A DNA stretch of 64,000 nt from an uncultured Acidobacteriota bacterium (GTDB lineage: Bacteria; Acidobacteriota; Vicinamibacteria; Vicinamibacterales; SCN-69-37). The notes below the pieces were generated by a model. The model was not told the DNA's origin. It saw only the letters and a list, made by a program, of their open reading frames with translations, and made no database searches. This document shows, one piece after another, positions 17,732-27,208 of this stretch (positions are counted from its first letter, which is position 1; every line of letters starts with the position of its first letter). The position numbers and the translations under genes were made by a program. The stretch is from positions 11,169-75,168 of the forward strand of contig CAWCUZ010000002.1 in assembly GCA_963798795.1 (NCBI GenBank), read 5' to 3'.

Positions 17732-19625
17732 GGATCTCCGAATCGTGGTGCGGAGGGTCCGGTCGCGTCGAACCGGCCTCCACGGGCAGGCCGCTCAGAA
17801 ACCGGACCGCCTCGTCAATCTGACGAAAGGACCGCTCCATCTCGGGCCGGCTCGCGGCAAACGGATCTTCGATTTCGAGGCCGCCGTCCAGGCAGGCGCC
17901 CAGCATGAACACCTTGTCCTCGACGCCGGGGAACCGGTCGAGCAGCTCCGCGCGGTTGTTGCAGTCCATCACGAACACCTGCTCGGAGTCCGCGAGCAGG
18001 GCCGCCGTGACGGGCTGGGCCTGGTGCGCGTCGAGCGTGACGCCGAGCCGCCGCGCGATCCACCGCGCACGGGGATCGGCCCGGTGGCCTGGACGGGCGT
18101 GGAGACCGGCGGAGGCGATCCGGCCGGAGTACGAGCGGGCACCCGGTGTGTGGGCAACGGCGCGCTGGAACAGCGCCGCGGCCATCGGACTTCGCATGAT
18201 GTTGCCGTAGCAGACGAACAGCACGCGGCCGACGGCGTCCGGCCGGCGCCGAAGCCCGTCGAGGTTGATCGCCCCGCGGCCGAACCGCGATTGGACGTAG
18301 GCGCGCCGCTGGGCCGCACCCAGCCGCGCGTACAGCCTCGCGGGCCGCACGATCGAGGCGGCGAGCCAGCCGCGCACGCGTCCGCTGAGCCCGCGGGCGG
18401 TAGCGCCGACGGGCAGGTCACAGTCGGTGCGCGCCGCGAGGGCCAGCTCGCACCGCTGCGCGAACTGCTCCGCGATGCGCGGCCAGCCGAACCGCGCTTC
18501 GACCAGACGCCGGGCAGCCGTGCCGAGGGCGCGTCGTCGCGAGGGGTCCCGGAGCAGGTCGGCGACCGCCGCGGCGAAGGCCTCGGCGCCGTCGGCCAGC
18601 ACCAGATCGGTTCCCGACGTCACCGGCAGGCCTTCGGCGCCGATCGAGGTCGAGACGACGGCCTTGCCCATCGCCATCGCCTCGAAGATCTTCAGCCGCG
18701 TGCCGCCACCGACGCGCAGCGGCACGACGAACAGCGCCGCGGGCGCCACATGGGGCCGGACGTCATCGACCGTGCCGGTGACCGTTACGCCGGGCTCGGC
18801 TGCCAGCGCGCGCACGCGCGGGCCGGGATTCCGCCCGACGACGGCGAACCGCACGTTCGGGACACGCCGGCGAACGCGGGGCAGGATCTGCTCGGCGAAG
18901 TGCAGGACGGCGTCCTCGTTCGGATGCCAGTCCATCGCGCCGAGAAACACCAGCGTCCGGCCATCGTCCGGACCCTGCGACGGCGAGAAGAACTCGAGAT
19001 CGACGCCGGTGTCGACCGCCTCGACCCGGGCGGCCGGCGCGTCCTGTCGCAGCCGGTCCGCGTCCTTGGCCGACACGGCGACTGTGAGCGTCGCCGACGA
19101 GGTGGCGCTTGCCTCCCAGCGCTGCATCTTCCGGTGTTCGAGCCGGAGCAACGGCCGCTGCCAGACGGGCGCGACCTCGGCGAGCCGTTTCCAGATCAGA
19201 TGCTCGACGTTGTGCGCGAACAGGAGCACCGGCACGCCGGTCTCGAGCGGCACGTTCGGCATCGCGCTGAGAAAATCGGCCACGCAGAGGTCGAAGGCGC
19301 CCGAATGCAGTTCCTCTTCGACAACCCGGCGCAGCGCCGGTACGCGGAACTTCCAGACGTCCACCGGCATCGTCGAGCACCACGACGCCAGGAGCGCCCG
19401 GGCGAACCCGGCACTGCCGCGCTTGGGAATGGCGTGCGGAATCGACACGACGCGGCAGGCCGGCAGCGCCGCTTCGAGCGGGCGCACGTCCACCTCGGGC
19501 GCGTGCGTCGTCAGCAACGTGACCTCGTGGCGACGCGAGAGCTCCGCGAGCGTGTGAAAACTCCGAAGCCGCCCTCCCGTCTCGAGCGGCCAGAGTCCGC
19601 CGACTTTCAGCCACGCGATCTTCAT
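17718..19625 (-). CDS. Fusion protein: GT4 glycosyltransferase (N-terminal ~400 aa) + low-molecular-weight protein-tyrosine phosphatase (C-terminal ~170 aa)
   Basis: The GT4 motif is VVPLRVGGGTRLKIFEAMAMGKAVVSTSIGAEGL. The LMW-PTP P-loop VLFVCYGNIMRSPMAA (CX5R-S) and the general-acid motif EIEDPF are both present. The whole is one uninterrupted 635-aa ORF. Confidence 0.85.
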   Translation of the reverse strand: MKIAWLKVGGLWPLETGGRLRSFHTLAELSRRHEVTLLTTHAPEVDVRPLEAALPACRVVSIPHAIPKRGSAGFARALLASWCSTMPVDVWKFRVPALRRVVEEELHSGAFDLCVADFLSAMPNVPLETGVPVLLFAHNVEHLIWKRLAEVAPVWQRPLLRLEHRKMQRWEASATSSATLTVAVSAKDADRLRQDAPAARVEAVDTGVDLEFFSPSQGPDDGRTLVFLGAMDWHPNEDAVLHFAEQILPRVRRRVPNVRFAVVGRNPGPRVRALAAEPGVTVTGTVDDVRPHVAPAALFVVPLRVGGGTRLKIFEAMAMGKAVVSTSIGAEGLPVTSGTDLVLADGAEAFAAAVADLLRDPSRRRALGTAARRLVEARFGWPRIAEQFAQRCELALAARTDCDLPVGATARGLSGRVRGWLAASIVRPARLYARLGAAQRRAYVQSRFGRGAINLDGLRRRPDAVGRVLFVCYGNIMRSPMAAALFQRAVAHTPGARSYSGRIASAGLHARPGHRADPRARWIARRLGVTLDAHQAQPVTAALLADSEQVFVMDCNNRAELLDRFPGVEDKVFMLGACLDGGLEIEDPFAASRPEMERSFRQIDEAVRFLSGLPVEAGSTRPDPPHHDSEIHAAP

Positions 19626-20896
19626 GGGTGGGGCGCTCCTGCCTTCACGTCCGGCTGGACGACCAAGACGCGTCCCCGTCCGGCCGGTGGCCGGCCGAAC
19701 GCCGCCTGTCCCATCTGGCGCACCAGGCCGGCCACGTCGGCGATGAACGGCAGCGGGTCCGACAGCGACACCACGTCGTAGGCCAATCGAGGGCCCATGA
19801 ACCGGCAGAATTCCTTGAGGGTCGGCCAGCGGGCCGGGAACGCATCGGTCCAGCCTGCCGGCCGGCCGCGGAAGACCTCGACGAGGTGCCGGAGATCGCC
19901 CACGAGCCAGCGGGCCTGGACGCCCGGCTCGTAGTCGAGGCGCGTCTCGCAGTCGCCCTCGACGGCCAGCTCATACAGAAGGAACGGAAAATCCACGCCC
20001 GACGCGACCGCGAGCGGGAGAGAGTTCCAGAAGCGCCCGTTGATTTCCATCAGACGCGGCACGCCGTCGCGCGGGTCGAGCTTGAACTCGACCATGGCGA
20101 CGCCGTGCCAGTTCAGTGCCTCGAGAAGCCGCCGGGCGGAGGCGAGCATCGCCGGCGGCGGCTCGATGCCTTCGCGCAGAGCGCTGCCCGACCCGGTGGG
20201 CCGGACCATCCGCAGCCGCCGATGAGCGAACACGGCCCGCAGCGCGCCGCGGTTGTACAACATCGACACGCCAAAGCCCTCTCCCGGGACGAACTCCTGC
20301 ACCATGGGCAACGGCGCCCGCGCGTGCACGGCCGCGAAGGTGGATGCGAGGGCGCCGGGCTCGTAGCAGTAGCGCACGGCGCCGGTCGACAGCACGCGAT
20401 GGTCCGTGGTGATCATCTCGGAGGACCGGGGCTTGACCACGACGGGATACGCAAGGGAATCGGCCAATGACGCCGCGTGCTCGACACCGGTGGGCAATAC
20501 CGTCCGGGGGACGGGGACGCCGAGAGACTCGGCGAGCCGCAGGGTCTTCGTCTTGTCGAAGACCGTCTCGAGGGTGGCGGCCGGCGCCAGGGGCAGGTGC
20601 TCGACGAGTGCCTCGACGCGGGCCCGGAAGCCGCTGATGCCCAGAATGGTGCGCTCGGTCATCGGCATCAGCACGCAGGGACGGAGTCGTTCCAGGTGCC
20701 GACAGAACTCGGTTTCGAAGGCCGACAGTCCGGAGGCCGGCGAGGGGTAGTGGAAGCGTGCCGCACAATGGCGCGAGTACAGGGCCTTGCCGGTCCAGGT
20801 CGAATCGCCGACGGCCACGCTCAGGCCGCGCCGACCCAGCGATCGCACGGTCGAGAGGGCGTGGTTCCCGGCGGCGTCGGTAATCAACACGTTCAT
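19622..20896 (-). CDS. ATP-grasp domain protein (carboxylate-amine ligase type), EPS-locus copy
   Basis: The start MNVLITDAAGNH is at ATG 20896, in an ATGA overlap with the upstream stop. The ATP-grasp core is YPVVVKPR, VQEFVPGEGFGVSMLY, VAMVEFKLD, LMEINGRFWNSLPLA. The 5' extension of ORF 19622..21382 is Arg-rich and overlaps the deacetylase gene. Confidence 0.85.
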   Translation of the reverse strand: MNVLITDAAGNHALSTVRSLGRRGLSVAVGDSTWTGKALYSRHCAARFHYPSPASGLSAFETEFCRHLERLRPCVLMPMTERTILGISGFRARVEALVEHLPLAPAATLETVFDKTKTLRLAESLGVPVPRTVLPTGVEHAASLADSLAYPVVVKPRSSEMITTDHRVLSTGAVRYCYEPGALASTFAAVHARAPLPMVQEFVPGEGFGVSMLYNRGALRAVFAHRRLRMVRPTGSGSALREGIEPPPAMLASARRLLEALNWHGVAMVEFKLDPRDGVPRLMEINGRFWNSLPLAVASGVDFPFLLYELAVEGDCETRLDYEPGVQARWLVGDLRHLVEVFRGRPAGWTDAFPARWPTLKEFCRFMGPRLAYDVVSLSDPLPFIADVAGLVRQMGQAAFGRPPAGRGRVLVVQPDVKAGAPHP

Positions 20897-21852
20897 TGGC
20901 CGCGTCCCGCGCGCGACGGCTGGACGGCCGGCGGATTCGAATCGACGAGCTCGCGCCGGCTGACACGCGACTGCCAGGCGGTCTTGACGACACCGACCCA
21001 GTCGTAGGCGCCGATGAGCTTGGCGTAGATGCGGAACGGCCCGTCGGTGCGGTCGACCGGAATCCGCCGGATCGCCAGCGGATCGGCGGCTCCGCCATTG
21101 CGGCCAATCGCCGTGGTGCAGGCGCCGCGGTACCCGGCCGCGCGCAGCGCCGAGCGGACGGCGGGCGTGACGTCGCCGTAGGCGACCGATCCGAACGGAT
21201 AGGCGAACAGGTCGACCGGGACTCCCAGATGCCGCTCGAGACCGGCGCGCGAGTCCGCCACCTCGGCCATCAAGCCGCCCCCGTCCAACAGTCCCAGCGA
21301 GCGATGTGTCACCGAGTGCGATCCGACCGACTGGTCCATCGCGATCAGGGCGCCGCTCTCCTCCCAGGACGCGACGTGCCATCCATCCGGCGGTTCGGCG
21401 CCGGCGCGCGCGAACTGCTCGCGCAGGTGAGGGAACGGGCCGCCGCGATCGATCTGGCCGGTCACGAGAAAGAACGTGGCGGTGAGCCCCAGGCGTCGGA
21501 GCACCGGCGCGGCCAGGCGGACCTGGTCCCGATAGCCGTCGTCGAAGGTCACGACGGCGGCCCCGCGAAGTGTCTCGATCCGGCCGTCGTCGAGACGGTC
21601 CAGGAGCTCGCGAAGCCCGATCACGCGAAAACCATGGGCGACGAGCGCGCGCATCTGCGTCTCGAAACCCGCCTCGGAAACCGCGTCGTCCGAGAGCCGG
21701 GCGCCGGAGTCATGGGTGACCTGGTGGTACATCAGCACCGGCACCTGCACCTGGCCGACCCGCGCGAGAAGGGCGTACCACGGCACCAGGGTCGCGGTCA
21801 CCACCCGCTCCACGACGAAGAACAGCCGCTCGGCGAGGTCGCGAACACTCAT
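20893..21852 (-). CDS. Polysaccharide deacetylase (NodB homology domain)
   Basis: 319 aa with VLMYHQV..., AVVTFDDGYRDQ..., ATFFLVTG, and the His motif GSHSVTHRSL. Both ends overlap their neighbours in ATGA style. Confidence 0.85.
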   Translation of the reverse strand: MSVRDLAERLFFVVERVVTATLVPWYALLARVGQVQVPVLMYHQVTHDSGARLSDDAVSEAGFETQMRALVAHGFRVIGLRELLDRLDDGRIETLRGAAVVTFDDGYRDQVRLAAPVLRRLGLTATFFLVTGQIDRGGPFPHLREQFARAGAEPPDGWHVASWEESGALIAMDQSVGSHSVTHRSLGLLDGGGLMAEVADSRAGLERHLGVPVDLFAYPFGSVAYGDVTPAVRSALRAAGYRGACTTAIGRNGGAADPLAIRRIPVDRTDGPFRIYAKLIGAYDWVGVVKTAWQSRVSRRELVDSNPPAVQPSRAGRGQ

Positions 21853-23834
21853 GACGGTCGCTCGGCGGCGGCGCCGACGGCATCGTCCAGACGCACGGCG
21901 GCCGGAAGGGCCTGGGGCACGGCCATCGACCGCGGCTCCGGCCGCAGGACGTCGGTCGGGCGCTCGCCTTCGATGACGACGCGGAGCCAGAGTTCCAGGT
22001 TGATCAGGAGCCAGAGGCGGTCGCCATGCTCCTCGGCGCCCGACCGGTGAGCCGCCGCCAGCCGGGTGACGGCCTCGGGCACGAAGAGGCGGCGGGCCCG
22101 GGCCCGCGGACCGAGAACGAACTGCTCGACCAGGGGCCAGAACTCTGCGCGGAGCCAGCGCCCCAGGGGCACGGGAAATCCCATCTTCTTCCGCGTCAGG
22201 ATTGCGGGCGGCAGCAGGTCGCGCACGGCGGCCCGCATGACGGCCTTCGTCTGCCAGCCGCGGAGTTTCAGCCGGCCGGGCAGCGCGGCGACGTGCTCGA
22301 TGATGTCGTCATCGAGGAACGGCACGCGACTCTCGATCGAGGCGGCCATGCTCATCTGGTCCTGCTTCATCAGCAGCTCGTGCAGATACGTCTGCAGGTC
22401 GGCACGACTCATGCCGTCGAGCGGGCCGCGTCCCTCCGCGTAGCAGCGCAGGCCCTCCGCGTACGGATCGGCCCCGTGCTGGAAGCGTTCGGCGACGATG
22501 CGACTGCGCAGGGCATCGGGAAACACGGCGAAATTGTCGAAGAACAGCGCCCGGGCGCCTGGCTCCAGAGCGAGGAACGTCCGCTCGGGGTAGCGGCGCA
22601 GGCGGCGCGGCAGCGCGCCGAGGCCCTGGCGCAGTCGCGCCCGAAGCCACCGCGGCGTCGCGAGCCAGAACGGCCGGCCGAGCCGTGCGTTCCAGAGCGT
22701 CACGCGATACCGGTTGTAGCCGAGGAACAGCTCGTCGGCGCCTTCGCCGGTCAGCACGACTTTGACGTGCTGTCGCGCCAGCCGGGACACGAAATAGAGC
22801 GGGACGCTCGACGTGAAGGCAATGGGCTCGTCTTCCTGATAGATGAGGCCGGGCAACGCGTCGAAGAACTCGCGGGGCGACACCAACACCTCGCGATGTT
22901 CCGATCCGATGTGTCGCGCCACGAGCCGCGCGAACGGCAGCTCGTTCGCCTCCGCCTCCGCGAACCCGACGGCGAACGTCCGCACGGGTTCGTCGATCAG
23001 ACCGGCGGTCAGGGCCGCGAGCGCGCTGGAGTCGATTCCCCCGGACAGGAACACGCCGAGGGGCACATCGCTCATCAGGTGGCGCCGCACGGCCGCGCGG
23101 AGCCGCTCACGCAGTTCGGCGGCCTCCGCGGCAAACCCGCGCGGCGCGCGGGCGGCAGCCGGCGGCAACTGCCAGTAGCGGCGACGCCGGACGTCCCCGC
23201 CCACCGGCCAGGTGAGCGTGTGGCCCGGGGGCAGCTTCTTGACGCCGCGGAAAAAGGTCCGGTCGCCGGACACGAAGCGGGTCGCCAGGAACTCGGGCAC
23301 GACCGACTCATCGAAGACCGGGCGAAGCCCGCCGGCCACGAGGGCCTTGATCTCAGACGCAAAGAGCAGTTCGTCGTCGGTGAGGGCGTAGTAGAGCGGC
23401 TTGATCCCGAGCCTGTCGCGAGCCAGCGTCAGGGTGCGCCGCGTGCGGTCCCAGATGGCGAAGGCGAACATCCCGTGCAGATGTTCGACGGCACGTTCCC
23501 CGTCTTCTTCGTACAGGTGAACGATCGTCTCCGAGTCGCTGCGCGTCCGGTACCGGTGGCCGCGCGCCTGCAGCCCGGGGCGCAACTCGGCGTGGTTGTA
23601 GATCTCCCCGTTGTAGACGAGCCAGACATCACCCGACTCGTTCGTCATCGGCTGATGGCCGCCAGCCAGGTCGACGATGGACAGGCGCCTGAAACCGAGG
23701 CCGACGCCGCCCTCCGTCCACAGACCGGCATCGTCCGGCCCACGATGGACCAGAGCATCCCGCATCCGGGTCAGCCGAGCGGGATCGACCGGCTTCTCCG
23801 GCGAGCGCGACAGGATGCCGACAATGCCACACAT
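21849..23834 (-). CDS. asnB: Asparagine synthase (glutamine-hydrolysing) family amidotransferase, copy 1
   Basis: It has the MCGIVGIL N-terminal Cys nucleophile, the GIKPLYY motif, and the PP-loop SDVPLGVFLSGGIDSS. The product is 661 aa. Confidence 0.9.
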   Translation of the reverse strand: MCGIVGILSRSPEKPVDPARLTRMRDALVHRGPDDAGLWTEGGVGLGFRRLSIVDLAGGHQPMTNESGDVWLVYNGEIYNHAELRPGLQARGHRYRTRSDSETIVHLYEEDGERAVEHLHGMFAFAIWDRTRRTLTLARDRLGIKPLYYALTDDELLFASEIKALVAGGLRPVFDESVVPEFLATRFVSGDRTFFRGVKKLPPGHTLTWPVGGDVRRRRYWQLPPAAARAPRGFAAEAAELRERLRAAVRRHLMSDVPLGVFLSGGIDSSALAALTAGLIDEPVRTFAVGFAEAEANELPFARLVARHIGSEHREVLVSPREFFDALPGLIYQEDEPIAFTSSVPLYFVSRLARQHVKVVLTGEGADELFLGYNRYRVTLWNARLGRPFWLATPRWLRARLRQGLGALPRRLRRYPERTFLALEPGARALFFDNFAVFPDALRSRIVAERFQHGADPYAEGLRCYAEGRGPLDGMSRADLQTYLHELLMKQDQMSMAASIESRVPFLDDDIIEHVAALPGRLKLRGWQTKAVMRAAVRDLLPPAILTRKKMGFPVPLGRWLRAEFWPLVEQFVLGPRARARRLFVPEAVTRLAAAHRSGAEEHGDRLWLLINLELWLRVVIEGERPTDVLRPEPRSMAVPQALPAAVRLDDAVGAAAERPS

Positions 23835-23870
23835 CAGAACGTCCTCAGCAGTCGTTTCGGCCCCATCGGG

Positions 23871-26048
23871 TCAGTCCGGCAGCGGTCCGGCACCCGGCAC
23901 GATCGCGGCCGCCCGCTCGTCGAACCGCACACTCGCCTGCCAGGCGGCGACGCTGACACCAATCAGCTCGCCGGCCTCAGACCGCCGCCACTCGACCTCC
24001 GGCACGCGCGTCAACTGAAGCGCGGGGGCGATGATCGTGACCAGTCGGCGCGGCAGACCCGCACGAACCGAATAGATGACGACCGGCGCCGGTTGACGGA
24101 CGCCGTAGCGATCCGAAATCCAGCCCTCAATCGGATCGTCCTCGCCGCACCGCACGGCCGAGCTCAACACCACGTTGGAAAAGGTCCCGAGCCACAACCC
24201 GTCGCCGCGGCGGCCGTGGGCGGCCACCCACCCATCCGGACCGAGACGCACGCTGACCGGGGCGAACTGGAACCGCACGTCGAGGCGGTGCTCGTCATGT
24301 CCGTAGAGGTCGTCGACGATGACCCAGCCGTGCGGACGCACGAACATCACGCGCCGACGATGCCGCACGGGATCGGACAGGCGATCGTACCCCACGTGTT
24401 CGGCATCGGCGAGATCGAATCGTTCGGCGGTGGTCCACTGCCGGAGCGTCGCCGACGGACGGCTGCGCCAGTGAAACGGACCAACCGGCACCGCCTGACT
24501 CTGCTGATCGACCATGACCGTACTGTGAGCCCCCGAACTCCTGAAGTGCGTCCGCCAGGCCGGCTGCGGCGTGTAGCAGTACGTGCCGGCGTCCACCAGG
24601 TAGCGCTCACCAAAGGCCGCGCACTGCACGCTCAGCAGGTCGGCGTGGCCGTGCGCACCACTGATCGGACATCCCAGCGGCCCCACATCGAAGATGAGCT
24701 GGTGCGCGTCGGCCTCCCATCCAGTTCGCAGGACGATGTAGCCGCCGTCAGGCAAGTACTGGGCAAGACCGAGATCAGGCGGCTTGGCGGGCAGCGCGGC
24801 GAGGCGGTCCACCCCTGGCGCCCCGCACAGCCACAGCACTTCCGGCGCCAGGCCGCGCGCCGCCCAGGCAAAGTCCGAGCGGCGGAAGAGCGCCGCCCCG
24901 ACGGCGAACGCGTCGCGCTGATCGGCCGGGTGGCGTCGCGCCAGCGGCAGCAGTCGTCCGCCGTCGGCGTCCCCAATCTCGGGCAGGCTTCCATCGGGCG
25001 CCTGCAGCACGAGCATGGCCTCGAGCAGCCGTTCGACGCGATCGCGCAGCTCGGCGGGGACCTGGAGGCCGTTGCGTTCCGCCAGGATCAGCAGGTGCAG
25101 GTAGATGTCGACGGTGTAGCGGTGATAGCACGTCGCCTGCTCGAAATGCAGGCCGTCCGGGTGAATCTGACGCCGGCTCTCCGCGACGAGGATGTCGAGG
25201 CCGATCGAGCGCCAGCGGGCCGCAGCCGGCAGTTCCTGGAACAGCACCCCCGCGTAGAACAGCCCGAGGGCCTCGCCGGTGAGATGCGTGTTGGGAGAGA
25301 AGTAGTACGAGAGGTAGCGCTCCACGTGCGCGGCGTGCGTCGCCACCCCCCGGATGAACCGCGGCAGCTCACGCTCGGAGAAGGCCGCGGTGTCGCGCAG
25401 CAACACCATCGTCCAGCACCAGGCGATGACGCGATACGCGGCCTCGAGACTGCTCGCCCAGTTGATGCCCATCCCGTACGGATTGGCCTCCGCCCAGTCG
25501 TCGAGGACGTCGGCCGCCTCCTCGGCATAGCGCGCGTCATCGGTCAGCCAATAGGCCTGAGCCAGCGTGACCACCCACTGATGACGGTTGAGTTCCCAGA
25601 TCACCTTGCTGTCCCCGACGGTTTCGGCGTCCAGCGGGTCCAGACGACTCCAGTGCAGGAGCGGCGCACGCCGACCGAGCACGAAGTCTCGGTGCCAATC
25701 CGGCCGTTCGTCGATGGCCACGTGCTCGTAGCCGAGCAGGTCGACACGGCGGGCACAGATGGCATTGGCGCGCGCGATGATGTCCCGGTGCGCGCCAGGC
25801 AGGCGGGCGGCGAGCAGATCGGCCGTCTCACGCGCCTGTGCGCCGGCGAAGAACCGCGCGGCGGCGTTCTCACGGAAGCGGGCGGCCGCCAGGCCGACCT
25901 CCGCCTCGGTCGGCGCCGGACCGCGCACGATCGCGGTCAGCGCGCCCGACCGGTCGCCCGCGAGCCGGTCGAGCCATTTGGAAGCGCCCTGGCGGCCGCG
26001 TTCGGCGACTTCGCCCAGGCTCATCGTGAGAAGACGCTGGATCCGCAC
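23871..26048 (-). CDS. Heparinase II/III-like family protein (alginate-lyase-like N domain + Hepar_II_III C domain)
   Basis: 725 aa. Blocks typical of the family include WELNRHQW..., NWASSLEAAYRVIAW, SPNTHLTGEALGLFYAG, HPDGLHFEQATCYHRYT and HGHADLLSVQ. Confidence 0.78.
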   Translation of the reverse strand: MRIQRLLTMSLGEVAERGRQGASKWLDRLAGDRSGALTAIVRGPAPTEAEVGLAAARFRENAAARFFAGAQARETADLLAARLPGAHRDIIARANAICARRVDLLGYEHVAIDERPDWHRDFVLGRRAPLLHWSRLDPLDAETVGDSKVIWELNRHQWVVTLAQAYWLTDDARYAEEAADVLDDWAEANPYGMGINWASSLEAAYRVIAWCWTMVLLRDTAAFSERELPRFIRGVATHAAHVERYLSYYFSPNTHLTGEALGLFYAGVLFQELPAAARWRSIGLDILVAESRRQIHPDGLHFEQATCYHRYTVDIYLHLLILAERNGLQVPAELRDRVERLLEAMLVLQAPDGSLPEIGDADGGRLLPLARRHPADQRDAFAVGAALFRRSDFAWAARGLAPEVLWLCGAPGVDRLAALPAKPPDLGLAQYLPDGGYIVLRTGWEADAHQLIFDVGPLGCPISGAHGHADLLSVQCAAFGERYLVDAGTYCYTPQPAWRTHFRSSGAHSTVMVDQQSQAVPVGPFHWRSRPSATLRQWTTAERFDLADAEHVGYDRLSDPVRHRRRVMFVRPHGWVIVDDLYGHDEHRLDVRFQFAPVSVRLGPDGWVAAHGRRGDGLWLGTFSNVVLSSAVRCGEDDPIEGWISDRYGVRQPAPVVIYSVRAGLPRRLVTIIAPALQLTRVPEVEWRRSEAGELIGVSVAAWQASVRFDERAAAIVPGAGPLPD

Positions 26049-26062
26049 GGGCGCCGGGTCCT

Positions 26063-27208
26063 TCAGGCCGACAGAGCGCGTCGCGGCGACGGGACGGCCG
26101 GCGCGTACGCCTCAGCCCAGGCGTCGCGCACGGCGACCCAGCGGTAGGCGGCGACGACCTGGCGGGCCTGGGCGGCCAGAGCGCGCGCCCAGGCCGGGCG
26201 GCACAACAGCTCGAGGGCCGCGGCGGCCATCGCCTCCGGATCGCGCGGCGGCACGATCAGGCCCGTCTGTCCGTGCCGGACCATCTCGCCGATGGCGCCG
26301 GTCGGGGTCGTCACCACGGGCAGCCCGGCCGCGAACGCTTCCAGGATCGAAACGGGCTGGTTGTCGACGATCGACGCATTCAGGAAGATCTCCGCGCCAT
26401 CGCACAGCGTCGGCATGTCGTCGGGTTCGACACGTCCCAAAAAATTCACGCCGCGCAGCCCCAGCCTGTCCGCCAGGGCACGAAGCGCGGGCTCGCGGCT
26501 GCCGATGCCGGCGACGGCCAGCGTGGCGTCGGGAACCCGCGCCTGAATCCGGGCGAACGCCTGGATCGTGGTTTCCACGTCGTAGTAGGGCTCGAGGTTG
26601 CGGGTCGACAGGAACCGCGGTCGCGTCAGATCGCGGTCGCGGTAAACGAATGCGGACACGTCCACGATGTTCGCGATGACGGTGGCGCGATAGCCGTGGC
26701 GCGCGAAGACGGCGCGGAGGTACTCCGACGGCACGACGATCTCGTCGGCCAGCTTCAGCCACGGGTGCACGAGCACGCCCCATCGGGCGAGATGGTCCTC
26801 GGCCTCCCCGCTGTGGTAGTGCAGGATGACGCGCTTGTCGAACACCCGGCCGATCAGCATGGCCGGAAGCGGCGCCAGCAGAAACGACCAGTACGACGCC
26901 GAGAACGCATGGACGACATCCACACGCGCGAGCGGCCAGAGCCTGGGCCAGTAGAGGATCTGATTGACCAGCGTCCGCACGCCCGGCAGGCGCCGCAGCC
27001 AGCGAAGGCCCGTCGGCAGCGCGGTGTCGATGGGCACGAAGCGGACCTGGACGCCGTCGGCGGCCAGCGACTGCACGAGCGCGGCCGCCTGGACGCCCTG
27101 GCCCCCGAGGATCCGCAGGCTGGCCGCGACCATGCCGACCCGCAGCGTCGGCTGTCGCGGGCGGCCGGCACGGCGCCGGGCGGCTGCGCTCCAGACAATC
27201 GGGCTCAC
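26063..27208 (-). CDS. GT4-family glycosyltransferase
   Basis: The motif FLNASIVDNQPVSILEAFAAGLPVVTTPTGAIGEMVRHGQTGLIV is present. GTG 27208 overlaps the upstream TGA (GTGA). An internal start at MVAASLRILGG is possible. Confidence 0.85.
   Translation of the reverse strand: MSPIVWSAAARRRAGRPRQPTLRVGMVAASLRILGGQGVQAAALVQSLAADGVQVRFVPIDTALPTGLRWLRRLPGVRTLVNQILYWPRLWPLARVDVVHAFSASYWSFLLAPLPAMLIGRVFDKRVILHYHSGEAEDHLARWGVLVHPWLKLADEIVVPSEYLRAVFARHGYRATVIANIVDVSAFVYRDRDLTRPRFLSTRNLEPYYDVETTIQAFARIQARVPDATLAVAGIGSREPALRALADRLGLRGVNFLGRVEPDDMPTLCDGAEIFLNASIVDNQPVSILEAFAAGLPVVTTPTGAIGEMVRHGQTGLIVPPRDPEAMAAAALELLCRPAWARALAAQARQVVAAYRWVAVRDAWAEAYAPAVPSPRRALSA

Noticed and set aside
22026-26147. A 1373-aa plus-strand ORF spanning the AsnB and heparinase region.
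   Set aside because: It is antisense to two well-conserved minus-strand genes. Its translation is a low-complexity Arg/Gly/Pro/Asp-rich string with no motifs. This is the typical long shadow ORF of high-GC DNA.
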